Shown here one piece after another: positions 52,319-64,000 of a stretch of DNA of 64,000 nt. A model generated the notes under the pieces. The model had not been told where the DNA came from, made no database searches, and was given only the letters and a program-made list of their open reading frames with translations. Both the position numbers and the translations under genes were made by a program. Every line of letters begins with the position of its first letter. Positions within the stretch are counted from its first letter, which is position 1. This DNA is from Malacoraja senta (lineage: Eukaryota), in contig CM075989.1 of the NCBI GenBank assembly GCA_038087875.1, positions 19,966,001 to 20,030,000 of the forward strand, written 5' to 3'.

Positions 52319-52650
52319 CTGCAGCGTGTGTGTGACGAGCTCCGGCCGCGAACCCGCCTCTTCCTTGCTGCAGCCGCCCGGCCCCGGCGCTGCCTCCTCT
52401 CCGCTGCTGCTGCTGCCGCTGCCACTGCCGCTCACTCAGGTGGGTCCCTGCAGGGGGAGAGAGGGAGAGGAGGGGGGGGGGGGGGGGGGGTGGGGAGACA
52501 CCGCCTGCTGGTCCCGGGGAGAGGGGAGTCCCGGCTCCCCGTGTGTCTGTCTGTCTGTCTGTCTGTCTGGGCCCCGCTCCCCGGCTCCCGTCCCCCCCAA
52601 AGGCAGCCTGAAGGTTATTCAGGAGCTGCCTCGGCCGCTGCACCGCTTTG
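52318..52650 (+). promoter_or_regulatory. CpG-rich promoter-like region with putative non-coding first exon ending at 52439
   Basis: Abrupt GC/CpG enrichment not attributable to a recognisable repeat; TGACG and CTTCC motifs; CAG|GTGGGT donor at 52439/52440. Confidence 0.6.
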
Positions 52651-52679
52651 ACCCCCTTTGTTTCATTTCCCACCAGAAA

Positions 52680-52920
52680 CACCCACGCAACACCACTTTT
52701 GCATGACATTTGCACCATAAATATCAATGCAACACGACTTAAATTACGTTTTGCGCCGCGAAAACCAATGCAGCACCCCCTTTTAAGTGACATTTGCGCC
52801 ATTAAAACCCATGCAACGCGACTTAAATGACATTTGCACCATTAAAACCGATGCTGCACGACTTTTCAATGACATTTGCACCACAGAAACCAATGCAGCA
52901 CGGCTTTCAAAAGACATTTG
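52680..52920. repeat. Degenerate ~40-43 bp minisatellite, about 6 units
   Basis: Repeated GACATTTGCACCATTAAAACCCATGCAACGCGACTT-like units. Confidence 0.8.
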
Positions 52921-54357
52921 GACAGTTATATGGTTAGGAAGGGTGTAGAGGTCAATGGGCAATTGGGACTAGCCTAGTGTGCCAACTAGGGCAGCATGGA
53001 CAAGGTGGGCCGAAGGGCACTGGGTCTCCATTGGCTCTACGACTATAATTGCAACATTGCTCAGCTTTGTATAGGAAGGAACTGCAGATGCTGGTTTACA
53101 CTGAAGATAGACTCAAAATGCTGGAGTAACTCAGCGGGTCAGGCAGCATCTCTGGCGAAAAGGAATAGGTGACGTTTTGGATCGAGACATTTCTTCAGAC
53201 CAGAAACGTCTCCTTTTCTACAGAGATGCTGTCTGACCCGCTGAGTTACTCCAGCATTTTGTGTCCAACTTCCATTGCTCAGTTTTGACCTTTGTCTCCT
53301 ATTCTGTGATACCTTTCATTAATTTTCTGTTGATCTCATTCAAGAAGGATAGTTGTCCAGGAGTGGACACTGTAGGTCCAAGTGTTTGTTTTAACTTGTG
53401 ATCTGTGTTTCCACCTATCTTGCTATTCTCCCATTTGTCCTCTCTGTCCTTCACGACACTGCCTGCCTTTGCCATTTGGTCACCTTGGAGTATTTCTCAC
53501 CAGCGCTGGGTTTCTGCGATCAGATTCTGTCTTCCGCACTTCGCAAATAATTCCCTTATGAATTGTGTAATGTTTGACTGCAGAGTAATAGGGTCTCAAA
53601 AGCAAAACGTCCACACTTGTGTTCGAAAAGATCACCAGAGGTTTACCCCCACACCTCCTCCCTGAAAGAAAATCCAGACCGGTTTAATTCACTACATGAA
53701 ATCAAGCTTTTAGTTTCATTTCCCACAGGTAACATTTGACAGAATTTTGTTTTTGTTTTTAATTAGTTGATACCTTGTGAAGGATATTTCTTGGGAAGGG
53801 GATCGAGGGTTGTAAACAAAAATATTAACCTTGACCTGTACTGTTCAACCTACAGCCGGCATGTTCTTATGTTTCTGTGGGGGGGGGGGGTCAAAGAATT
53901 GTATTTAAACTGTAGAACCAGTTTGTAGGGAGTATTGTTTAAAGCTTGCCATGGTTAATATAGTTCAAATGAAAGGTCATCAAGCTGAAATGATATGTTT
54001 CCCCACACAAAGCTGTCTGACCTGCTGAGTGTTTTACAGGATTTACTTTCTTTTAAGTTTACTAAAATCTCTTGGAGTTCACGTTTCTTTAAATGTACTC
54101 GGGCAGTGGACCAGACGGTGAGGAGAGTCAACAGCTTTAAGTTCCTGGGTGCACACATCCCTGATGCACATTGATGCAAGCACAAAGAAAGCTCACCGGT
54201 GCTTCTACCTGCTCTGCTGTTTGAAGAGTTTTGGCATTGTCACTGAATATTTTATTGTACTTCTACAACCAGCATACTGACTGGTTGCATCACAGGCTGA
54301 TTCGGAAATTCAAATGCTCATGAACTAAGGGAGGCTGCAAAAAGTGGTGGACACTTA

Positions 54358-54775
54358 GTTTAGCTTGTTCAGTTTAGTTTATGGTCACGTGTACCGAGGT
54401 ACAGTGAAAAGCTTTTGTTGCGTGCTAACCAGTCAGCGGAAGGACAATACATGATTACAATCGAGCCATCCACTGTGCACAGGGAATAATGTTTAGTGCA
54501 AGATAAAGTCCAGTAAAGTCTGATCAAAGATAGTCCCAAGGGTCTCCAATGAGGGAGATAGTAGCTCAGGACTGCTCTCTAGTTGTTGGTAGGATTGTTC
54601 AGTTGCCTGATAACAGCTGGGAAGAAACTGCCTCTTAATCTGGAGGTGTGCGTTTTCACACTTCTGTACCTTTTGCCCAATGGGAGAGGGGAGAAGAGGC
54701 AGTGGGCAGGGTGCGACTCGTCCTTGACTATACTGCTGGCCTTGCCGAGGCAACGTGAGGTATAAATGGAGTCAG
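54358..54775 (-). mobile_element. Rex1/Babar-like LINE 3' fragment
   Basis: DSIYTSRCLGKASSIVKDESHPAHCLFSPLPLGKRYRSVKTHTSRLRGSFFPAVIRQLN plus tail TGTACCTCGGTACACGTGAC..AAACTAAAC. Confidence 0.8.
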
Positions 54776-55509
54776 TCGGCGATTTCACAGTCGGAGATCT
54801 CAAACTCAAGTGAACGGACTCTGTAAACAAGTTCATTGATCGTCAGATTGTGATATTAATAACTAACGGGCCTGATCTATGTGCCGGATCCAGGATCAAA
54901 TCAGAAACTGAGAACACGGGAATGCAAAAAGATGGTGAAAAGCTAGAGTGCCAGAGAGTATGCGAGGCATTTATTACAAATGTTGCATCTTTAAGGGTTA
55001 ATCCACACTCAGATAAGGTATGTCCTGCTGTTTGCAAGTGTAACTGGCATCTCCTGTGAAACAGGAAAAAAATACAAGGATGGTGACAGGGAAAAGGGAA
55101 ATTCATCCTCAAGGCAGGACTGGAGAAGTTAGTGTGTTGCTATCCATTGAACAAGGACCTGTGAGGAGATTTAATGGAGGTACACAAGGCCATGGCTACT
55201 TTGATCATAGTTTAGTTTATTGTCCCGTGTACCGAGGTACAGTGAAAAGCTTTTGTTGCGTGCTAACCAACCAGCGGAAAGGCAATACATGATTACAATC
55301 GAGCCATTTGCAGTGTGCTGATAGGATGGTTCAGTAGCCCGATAACACTGCGCGGTTCATCATGGGGAATGACCTCCCCACCGTCAAAGGGATCATCTGC
55401 AGGAAGTACCGGTATCGTCAAAGACCCACACCACCCTGGCCACACTCTCTTATGCTGCTACCATTTGGGAAGAAGGTACAGGAGCCTGAAAACTGCTGCC
55501 TCCAAGTTA

Positions 55510-55746
55510 AGGGCCTGTCCCACTTGGTGATTTTTTCGGCGACTGTCAGCATCATTGACTGACGTATCAGGTCACCGAAACAATCGCGCCGTGATGACGT
55601 ATTGGCGCGCGATGTTTCCTCAAGTGTCGCAACTTTTTTTTTGTCGCCGCTGGATTTTGAAATGTTCAAAATCTATCGGTGACCCTGATACGTCAGTCAA
55701 TGACACAGGCAGTCGCCGAAAAAATCGCCAAGTGGGACAGGCCCTT
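55510..55746. mobile_element. PIF/Harbinger-like MITE
   Basis: AGGGCCTGTCCCACTTGG...CCAAGTGGGACAGGCCCT TIRs, TTA flanks; interrupts a Rex1-like fragment. Confidence 0.85.
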
Positions 55747-56462
55747 TTAAGACCAGCTTCCTCTCATCAACCACCAGGTTCTTGATGAATGACCCTAACC
55801 ACAACCCATCTCAGCTTCAACCAATATAACCTTTGCACTATTATGGTTGCTCTGCCGGAGTTACTCCAGCATTTTGTGTCTACCTTCGAAATATACCAGC
55901 ATCTGTAGTTCCTTTCTACACACTTCTTAGCTGGAGGTGCAGAATAATACTCAGGTTAAAAGATGGATGCAAAGTCAAATTTGGAAGAGTTTCCTTTTAG
56001 TAACAGGTCCCTGCATTTCATATCAACTTAATTAAACAATTTTGCATGTAACCAAATGGTGTTTTAACAGCTTTATTACCTGATATATGTAGAAGATACA
56101 ACAGTCCAGCACAGGATCAAAACCCTTCTTCAGACAGAAGGGTCTGAAGAAGAGTCCCGACTTGAAGCGTAACATATTCCTTTTTTCCAGAGATGCTCCC
56201 TGACCCGCTGAGTTTCTCCAGCTTTTTGTGTCTATTTTCGGTTTAAACCAGCATTTGCAATTCCTTCCTCGACACATAGTTCAGGACTGCTCGCTAGTTG
56301 TTCTCGGATGGTTTAGTTGCCTGACAACAGCTGGGGAAAGACTGTCCCTGAATCTGGAGGCATGCTTTGAGGAAAGACCGACTTTACTAATATACCGCCT
56401 TAACCATTTTATTTTCAATTGGCCTACAGGGTGGCTTGAAGTAACACCGTCTGCCGTTCATC

Positions 56463-56601
56463 ATGGCCAGTTTATTCCGTGGTGCGATGTGCTACTCTGT
56501 CCCATTATTACAGAGTGGATCGGCAGTAACAGTAAAGCGAGCTCCTTGCAAACGTTACTTCAAGACCTACCGAGTGTTGTGGAACCAGCAAGCAGTTAAA
56601 G
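56463..56601 (+). CDS. NNT: First coding exon (exon spans 56430-56601) of an NAD(P) transhydrogenase, mitochondrial (NNT-like, possibly nnt2); rest of gene beyond window
   Basis: cctacag acceptor at 56428-29; Kozak ATCATGG; MASLFRGAMCYSVPLLQSGSAVTVKRAPCKRYFKTYRVLWNQQAVK; G|GTAAAT phase-1 donor; basic peptide with no D/E; resembles the recalled vertebrate NNT N-terminus (MA.L....C S.PLL ... F.T...LW....VK.G). Confidence 0.72.
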
Positions 56602-59555
56602 GTAAATATATTTTTTAATTTAATCACTCTAATTTGTGTCACTTTAGAAGAACATTTATGCCCTTATTTCAATTCCCTGGTTGCTTGCAACCCTCAAATT
56701 CCTGTCCAAATTTCAGTCAATATTACGTGTTCATGCTCAGGAAATTCATAGAGCTCTGTACAACAATTTCAGATGGATGGTCTGAAGATTAAGGAGAATG
56801 GTAATTGTGTTCAGTTGTACCTTGGGCAGCTTACAACCCAGCGGTATAAATATTAATTTCCCTAACTTCAAGTAATCCTTGCATCCCTTCTCTCTGTGTC
56901 TCTCCCGCACCCTAGTTGTCGTACTAGTTTCATTGTCGTCCGGTTGAGTTAACTCGTTATCACCTGGCCCACAGCCAACAATGGACCATTGTGGGCTCAA
57001 CCTTTCATTGATCTTTGTTACTCTTTGCATATCTTTCATTCATTTGTTCCATATTTCTCTATATTACCATCTGTATCACTCGTTTCCCTCTTTCCCTGAC
57101 TCAGTCTGAAGAAGGGTAAACGTCACCCAGTTGTTGCAAAGCTGACTTAACTGGGAGATCAGTTTGGGTTCCATTTTACCACTCTGCCATCTCAAAGTTG
57201 TTTTCCATGGACTAGTTAAATATAAATCCATATTTAAGAAAAGAAGTGAATTAAAAGGTGGCACAGTAGCGCAGCAGGTAGAGCTGCTGCCTCACACCGC
57301 CAGAGGCACGGGTTTGGTACTGCCCACGGGAGCTGTCTGTGTGGAGTTTGCATATCCTCCCTGTGACCGCAGGGGTTTCTTCCATGTGCCTCTCACATTC
57401 CAAAGACGTGCGGGGTTGTAGGTTAATTGGCCCTCTGTAAATTGCCCCTAGTGCATAGGGAGTGGATGAGAAGGTAGGATAACACAGTACTAGTGTGAAC
57501 GGGTGATTGATGGTCGGTGGGGACTCGGTGAGCCGACGGACCTCTTTCCACGCTGTATCTCTTAAGTACTAAGTATTAAAGGTTAATTTAGCCGTTGCAA
57601 ACTTGCCTACCGTTTTCAGGTTTAAGAAGGAACTGCAGATGCTGGAAAATCGAAGGTAGACAAAAATGCTGGAGAAACTCAGTGGGTGAGGCAGCATCTA
57701 TGGAGCGAAGGAAGGCTGAAGAAGGGTCTCGACCCGAAACTACGCCTATTTCCTTCGCTCCATAGATGCTACCTCACCCGCTGAGTTTCTCCAGCAATTT
57801 TGTCTACCTGCCATTTTCAGGTTGTCATTTCCCAGCAAGAAGAGATTAGTTAAATAATTACTGTGGGACTGACAAAGCTGCTCGGCCTTTCCCAGGGCCT
57901 ATACTGGACAGCGATCCCAGCAGCTGTTGATATTAGCTGTAACCTGATTCAACATCCTTGTCTATAAAGGAGTGATATGTGAAACCAGTGCATGTGAATT
58001 AAAATGGCGACTTTCAGTACTATCGATGATGCGTGCAGTAGTATCTGTGATTCCGTAACCAGAGTAACTTTCAAATTACACAAGACTTAAGATGCAGCGG
58101 CCTGTCTTATTCATGTTATGGAGGGAAGGCACAATAAAATCATAAAAGTTTACAGCATTCAAGGATTTTCACCCCACTGATGATTGTGTCAGCTTTTTGG
58201 TGGAAGTATTTTAACAATTAATTCTAAGAATTGGGGATATTTATGGTATCTAAACAGCGCTGATAAGGAAAGCATTTTACCCCCGAATCTATCTCTACCT
58301 AATATTGAATCAACTTTCCCTTTTAAATGATAGTTGATGGCATCTGTGATCCCATACAAACTTTTTTTCTCCCATGTCTTCTGTTTCATGTTGGTGTCAA
58401 GTGTAAATATACCAATATGCCAATATGGTTTGTGGTCACAGAAGATCAGAAAGTATTGATGGACAATAATTAGAAATGTATATTTTAAATATCAATTGTG
58501 CCCAGTGTTTTTTTTTTTTTGTGATGTTATGGCATACCGACACCTCTAAAAAATAGTCATACAGTGTGAAAACAGGCCCTTCGGCCCAACCTGCACACGC
58601 CGACCGACATGCCCCATCACACTAGTCCCACCTACCTGCGTGTGACCCATATCCCTCTAAACTTGTCCTATTGATGAACCTGCGTAATTGGTTCTTATAC
58701 GTTGCCATGGTCCCTGCCTCAACTACCTCCTCCGGCAGCTCGTTCCATACTCCCACCACCCTTTGGTAATAAACGAAATGCAACTAAACTAAACCCTTTG
58801 TGGGAAAGGTCGGTGTGGGCAGGTTGGGCCGAAGGGCCTGTTTGACTCCAAGACTCAATGACCTCAAACTGAAGGGGATAGAATGGGGTTTCTACTCTGC
58901 CGTGGTCTATTTTGTTGTTCTGCTTAGCTTGATCTCACATCCTCAGACAACCTTGGCATGATGACAGCTGAGTTCAGATATTATTGAGAGTGGAATTTGG
59001 ACTTATATCTGTCTGGTTGGAAGTCCAATAATTTAATGTGTAGTATAACATCATATAACATTCTCAAGGCAGTTCGGCAGGCAATTTAGCTCTGATAATT
59101 TTAATCACTGACATGAAACTGTGCTGGCATATCACAGGACGGTTGAGAGTTCAACTCCCAGTGAAGTAGTTAGGGTTGTGATCGTATTATGGACGGATGA
59201 CTGATCCTGTGGTAAATTAAGTCCTGAACTGACAATCATGAGAATGAAACTACATTGCACTGTGCAATTTGTGAATTAACATTTAGATTTTGAAAATTTA
59301 TTCTTAAAAAAAGCAGGAAATATAACAATTCAAATGCTCCACAGTCACTGATGCCCTCTTTTTAGGGAACCTCTTTTCTTAATTTCATAAGTTCTAGGAG
59401 CAGAATTAGGCCTTTAATTGTACTTGGCTTATGTGTGACCATCGTCTTCACCTCAATGTTTGACTCTCTGTATCAGAACACGATGGTGGACCAAGAAAGC
59501 CTTTCACCATTTGCTGAAGGGCAGGCTGATTGTCCTCCATGGTTATGTACTAGAG

Positions 59556-59980
59556 CAGGGGTCGGCAACCTTGTTCTGCATAGGGGCCGGGACGCGTGTC
59601 TGTGAGCGGATGGCAGGCAACAAATCACGTGTTCACATAGATCGCGCCCCTTCGAGGACGCCACCCGGAGCACTGGCCCCTAGTTACGGGCGCTCACGAA
59701 CATGGCGCACCTACGGACCATTGCTTTGGCTCTGTCCTGAAGGCGGTGGTTCAAATACTCACACTCACTCGTCCCCGGCCTATTGACAACCCCGATAGTG
59801 AAGCCCTGACACAGAAGGTGCGAGGCCGTGCCAGCGGCTTTGCGCAGGATGCGGTACAGCCAGAGCTTGGCGCTGCTCGGCAACGCTCGGCGGCTCCGCC
59901 ATTGCGGCCGCCAGTGCAGGCTTCCTTGCGTCCTTTGCGCCAACTTTGTCCATTCCAAAACAGATGTGATCATTTCCATT
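59556..59980 (+). mobile_element. Probable truncated hAT (Charlie-like) element
   Basis: Starts CAGGGGTCGGCAACCT, CpG-rich body; no right TIR found. Confidence 0.5.
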
Positions 59981-60579
59981 CCTGATCTTTCAGTGATTCA
60001 GCTTATCGTGTCCTGTCAATGCAGGTAAATAGAACAGAGTATCTAAAAAACGCATGGTAAGTCAACATATGGACCTGTTTGGAAAGAGGAGATAACGGTT
60101 AGAGTCAAAAACATTGTCAAATAATTTTGTTTTCGGGGTGTGGATTTAGAACATTAAATATTAAACAGGCCCTTCGGCCCACAATGTCTGTGCTGAACAT
60201 GATGCCAGGTTAGAAACAAGAAACTAGATGCTGTTTTACACAAAAGGAATCTGAACACACTCTCTAAAGAACGTCGCCTATCCATGTTCTCAAGAGATGC
60301 TGCCTGTCCCGCTGAGTTAGTGAGGTTAAGGGAGGGAATTCCTGGGTTTAGAGAATTAATGTCAATTAATATCTGCAAATTAGGCTGGCAAACAATGCGA
60401 TGTTATTAATACAAAGCAAAGCATTACTAAGGGATGATAGGTAGCAGATATTTGAGTACTTAAATATAGTTTAATCAAAAGCCTAAGCTAGTGTAATCTG
60501 ATTATAATTAAATTAAGTATTCAGGTATTATGTTGTTAAGTTTCTCAAGTACCATTGGTAAAGTACCCAAGGCCATCAT

Positions 60580-61431
60580 TGGGCAAATGTTTGGCAGATG
60601 CAGTATAATGTGGATAAATGTGAGGTTATCCATTTTGGTGGCAAAAACAGGAAAGCAGACTATTATCTAAATGGTGGCCGACTAGGAAAAGGGGAGATGC
60701 AGCGAGACCTGGGTGTCATGGTACACCAGTCATTGAAAGTAGGCATGCAGGTGCAGCAGGCAGTGAAGAAAGCGAATGGTATGTTAGCTTTCATAGCAAA
60801 AGGATTTGAGTATAGGAGCAGGGAGTTTCTATTGCAGTTGTACAGGGTCTTGGTGAGACCACACCTGGAGTATTGCGTACAGTTTTGGTCTCCAAATCTG
60901 AGGAAGGACATTATAGCCATAGAGGGAGTGCAGAGAAGGTTCACCAGACTGATTCCTGGGATGTCAGGACTTTCATATGAAGAAAGACTGGATAGACTTG
61001 GCTTATACTCGCTAAAATTTAGGAGATTGAGAGGGGATCTTATAGAAACGTACAAAATTCTTATGGGGTTGGACAGGCTAGATGCAGGAAGATTGTTCCC
61101 GATGTTGGGGAAGTCCAGGACAAGGGGTCACAGCTTAAGGATAAGGGGGAAATCCTTTAAGACCGAGATGAGAAAAAACTTTTTCACACAGAGAGTGGTG
61201 AATCTCTGGAACTCTCTGCCACAGAGGGTAGTTGAGGCCAGTTCATTGGCTATATTTAAGAGGGAGTTAGATGTGGCCCTTGTGGCTAAAGGGATCAGGG
61301 GGTATGGAGAGAAGGCAGGTACGGGATACTGAGTTGGATGATCAGCCATGATCATATTGAATGGCGGTGCAGGCTCGAAGGGCCGAATGGCCTACTCCTG
61401 CACCTATTTTCTATGTATCTATGTATCTATG
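60580..61431 (+). mobile_element. Young 5'-truncated CR1/HER1-type LINE; uninterrupted 244-aa ORF2 C-terminal part (60598-61332)
   Basis: MQYNVDKCEVIHFG...LYRVLVRPHLEYCVQFWSP...RRLRGDLIETYKI...LWNSLP; 3' UTR and (TATGTATC)n tail. Confidence 0.95.
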
Positions 61432-61840
61432 TAATTTTGAATGTGCAAATGGGAGCGAGAATGATCCAGTTTCTCAGGACTCTGCTCCCCGCTGCAATGA
61501 CCTCGGAGAGTAGCACATGTAGGACAATTAATGCCCAGTGGAGAAACTCAAACCCGCAGATTATGTTGCAACAAGCAGCATCAGCAGGTCGAGCAGCATC
61601 TGTGGATGGAAAGGAATGGCCAATGATTCGGGGTGAAACTCTGCTGCATCAGGATCGAGAGGGGGAGATAAGCAGTGTAAGGGTGAGGCGAATGGAGCCA
61701 GGTGGGGGCAGGGGAGGGTGAAGGTGGAAAACACCGCTGGAGGATGATAAACGGAGGCTACCAGTGTTTACTTTAGAGAGAAAGTGCCAAACAGCCCCTT
61801 CGGCCCACCGAGTCCATGCCGACGGTGGGCCGAAGGTCAT

Positions 61841-62155
61841 GGTGGCACAGGGGTAGAGTTGCTGCCGTACAACGAATGCAGCGCCGGAGACCCGGGTTCG
61901 ATCCCGACTAGGGGGGGCTGTCTGTGCAGAGTTTGTACGTTATCCCCGTGACCTGCGTGGGTTTTCTCCGAGATCTTCGGTTTCCTCCCACACTCCAAAG
62001 ACGTACAGGTTTGTAGGTTAATTAGCTTCGTAAATGTAAAAATTGTCCCTAGTGGGTGTAGGATGGTGTTAATGTGCGGGGATTGCTGGTCGGCGCGGAC
62101 CCGGTGGGCTGAAGGGCCTGTTTCTGCTCTGTATCTCTAAATAAAACTAAACTAG
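61841..62155 (+). mobile_element. HE1/V-SINE-type SINE (variant with short insertion in tRNA-like head)
   Basis: Head, B box GGTTCGATCCC, core and (CTAAA) tail. Confidence 0.85.
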
Positions 62156-63951
62156 ACCAGGGAACATATAAACTACATATAGACAACACCCATATTCAGG
62201 ATTGAACTCCTGACACATAAGTCTTTTTATTTTTACTTATTTTTTACATTTTATTTGGAATTTAAAAAAATCATATCTTTAGAAATGACATGGGGAGGAA
62301 GTTCTTTAGTCAGAGGGTGGTAAATATGTGGGATTCATTGCCACAGATGGCTGTGGAGGTAAGTCATTGTGTATTTTTGAGGAGGAGATTGATAGTTACT
62401 TGGTTAGTATGGGTGTCAGGGGTTCTGGGAAGAAGGCAGGAGAATGGGGTTAGGAGGGAGAGATAGATCAGCCATGATTGAATGGCGGAGTAGACCCGAT
62501 GGGCCGAATGGCCTACTTCTGCTCCTATGACTTAGGGAAGTATGAATGTTCTGAAAAATCAAAGGTGCAAGTCAGGATTGTGATTGAATATCACAACGTG
62601 ATTGTGATTGAAGCTCAACGTCAGGTGGGATGAGGCAGTGTGTCTGGTTGGAACCCAAGGCATTTCTTCTCTCAATCCAACCTAAAAACACTCAGCAAAA
62701 AAACACAAGGCTGGAGGGACTCTGCAGGTCAGTTTAGTTTACCATCACGTGTACTGAGGTACAGTGAAAAGCTTTGGGCGATAGTGGCGGGATCGGCATC
62801 TATGGAGGGAATGCACCGTTTAGGTCAGGATCCTTCCTCACAATGAAGGGTCCCGATCCAAAAAATGTCTATTCATTCCCTCCACACATGCTACCTGACC
62901 CATTGAGTTATAGAGTCATAGACTGATGCAGTGTGGAAACAGGCCCTTCGGCCCAACTTGCCCACAATCGGCTAACATGTCCCAGCTACACTAGTCCCAC
63001 CTACCTGCGTTTGGTCCACCTTATGAATAAGAGTTCCACCTATCTTCGTAAGGTCATAAATTCTAGGAGCAGAATTAGGCCATTTGGCCCATCATCTACT
63101 TCACCATTCAATTGTGGCTGGTCTATCCTTCCCTCTCAACCCTGTTCTCCTGCCTTCTCCCCATAACCTCTCACACCCTTGCTAACCAAAGGTGTTAATA
63201 GCACCATTACTAACCTTCTGCTTTCGGCTCAAGATTCCAGCAACTGCAGTTTCTTGTGTCTCCAGCCTAACAACATTCTTCTTCAGAAGGTTTCTGCGGC
63301 AATTTTAAAAAGTGACTCGCTCTTCCCACCTTAAGGGAAAATTGGGATTAGGTTGCAGATTCTGTCCTGAAAAGTGAACAAATGAAACTGTATTTGGAGG
63401 CTGAATGTCACGTCTGTGATTCTGGCTCAGCCAACGTCAGCACTCTGACCCATCAGTGGACGTGAAGCTGTCATCTCCCAAACGATCATTAACCTTTATT
63501 TCCTTGTGTGATCTTCCACAAACAGTTTCCAACTTGATCTCCCACTTTTCATTATGGAATGTTGGCACCTTTATTCGTTCCCTCTTCCCAAGGGTTCAGA
63601 TTGAACCACCTCTGAAATCGTGGGATTCTTCACTCCAGTCCAATCCACACAGCATGATCAGTGCTTGCCAGAGGAGTGGTTAATGTTTGACCAAAGAACC
63701 TCCAACCTGAAAGCCAACAGTGATAATGGCACCACTTTCTTTCCCCTGTCCTCACTTCCATGTTTTACTAATCCCATGACGTTTAGTAACATTGCTGGAA
63801 AGTCTCCATTTTGACATTATTTTGCCCAGGAATCTTTCGCTCAGCTAGACAGCAACTTACCCACTATGCCACGGTAGCCCTGCCTATCCAAATGCATTTA
63901 TATCTTATCCCTTAGAATCCTCTCCAGTAACATTCCTACCACAAGAGGTTA

Positions 63952-64000
63952 AGGGCCTGTCCCACGAGCATGCGACTGGATGCAGCAAGCGTGACCTAAC
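63952..64000. mobile_element. Left end of a Harbinger-like MITE (same subfamily as 19777-20231), cut by window edge
   Basis: TTA + AGGGCCTGTCCCACGAGCATGCGAC. Confidence 0.8.

Noticed and set aside
51183..52802. Long ORFs (507, 344, 182 aa and others) rich in P/S/L or E/R/G
   Set aside because: They arise from the low-complexity CT/GA tract that lacks stop codons; no domain content.
52680..52920. CRISPR-like periodicity (also the 20-bp array at ~19960-20045)
   Set aside because: Units are degenerate tandem repeats without unique spacers, no cas genes, and the context is vertebrate.
56228..56599. 123-aa ORF overlapping the NNT-like exon
   Set aside because: Starts within repeats and uses a different frame; the ATG 56463 frame has Kozak context, presequence character and a proper donor.
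1036..62155. tRNA-like sequences with A/B boxes
   Set aside because: They are SINE heads continuing into core and LINE-like tail, not complete cloverleaf tRNA genes.

Overview
Eukaryotic genomic DNA from a vertebrate. The repeat content (HE1/V-SINE-type SINEs, CR1/HER1-type LINEs) points to a cartilaginous fish, probably a skate or ray (inference). The + strand carries the last 14 coding exons (4833-43975) of a P4-type ATPase phospholipid flippase whose C-terminus best matches ATP8B4. All introns are GT-AG and the reading frame is continuous to the stop codon. A probably long 3' UTR follows. Next come a ~1 kb pyrimidine tract, a CpG-rich promoter-like region with a putative non-coding exon, and a first coding exon (ATG 56463) missing from the ORF track. 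That exon encodes a mitochondrial presequence resembling NAD(P) transhydrogenase (NNT), plausibly the nnt2 ohnolog that mammals lack. Introns are dominated by tRNA-derived SINEs, CR1, Rex1/Babar and Penelope-like fragments, Harbinger-like MITEs (TTA TSD) and hAT elements. The most notable repeat is an abundant ~200-bp fold-back, TSD-flanked, Penelope-derived element that carries a minimal hammerhead-ribozyme core. Gene and family names come from recalled sequence similarity, not database searches. Almost all other listed ORFs are repeat artefacts.
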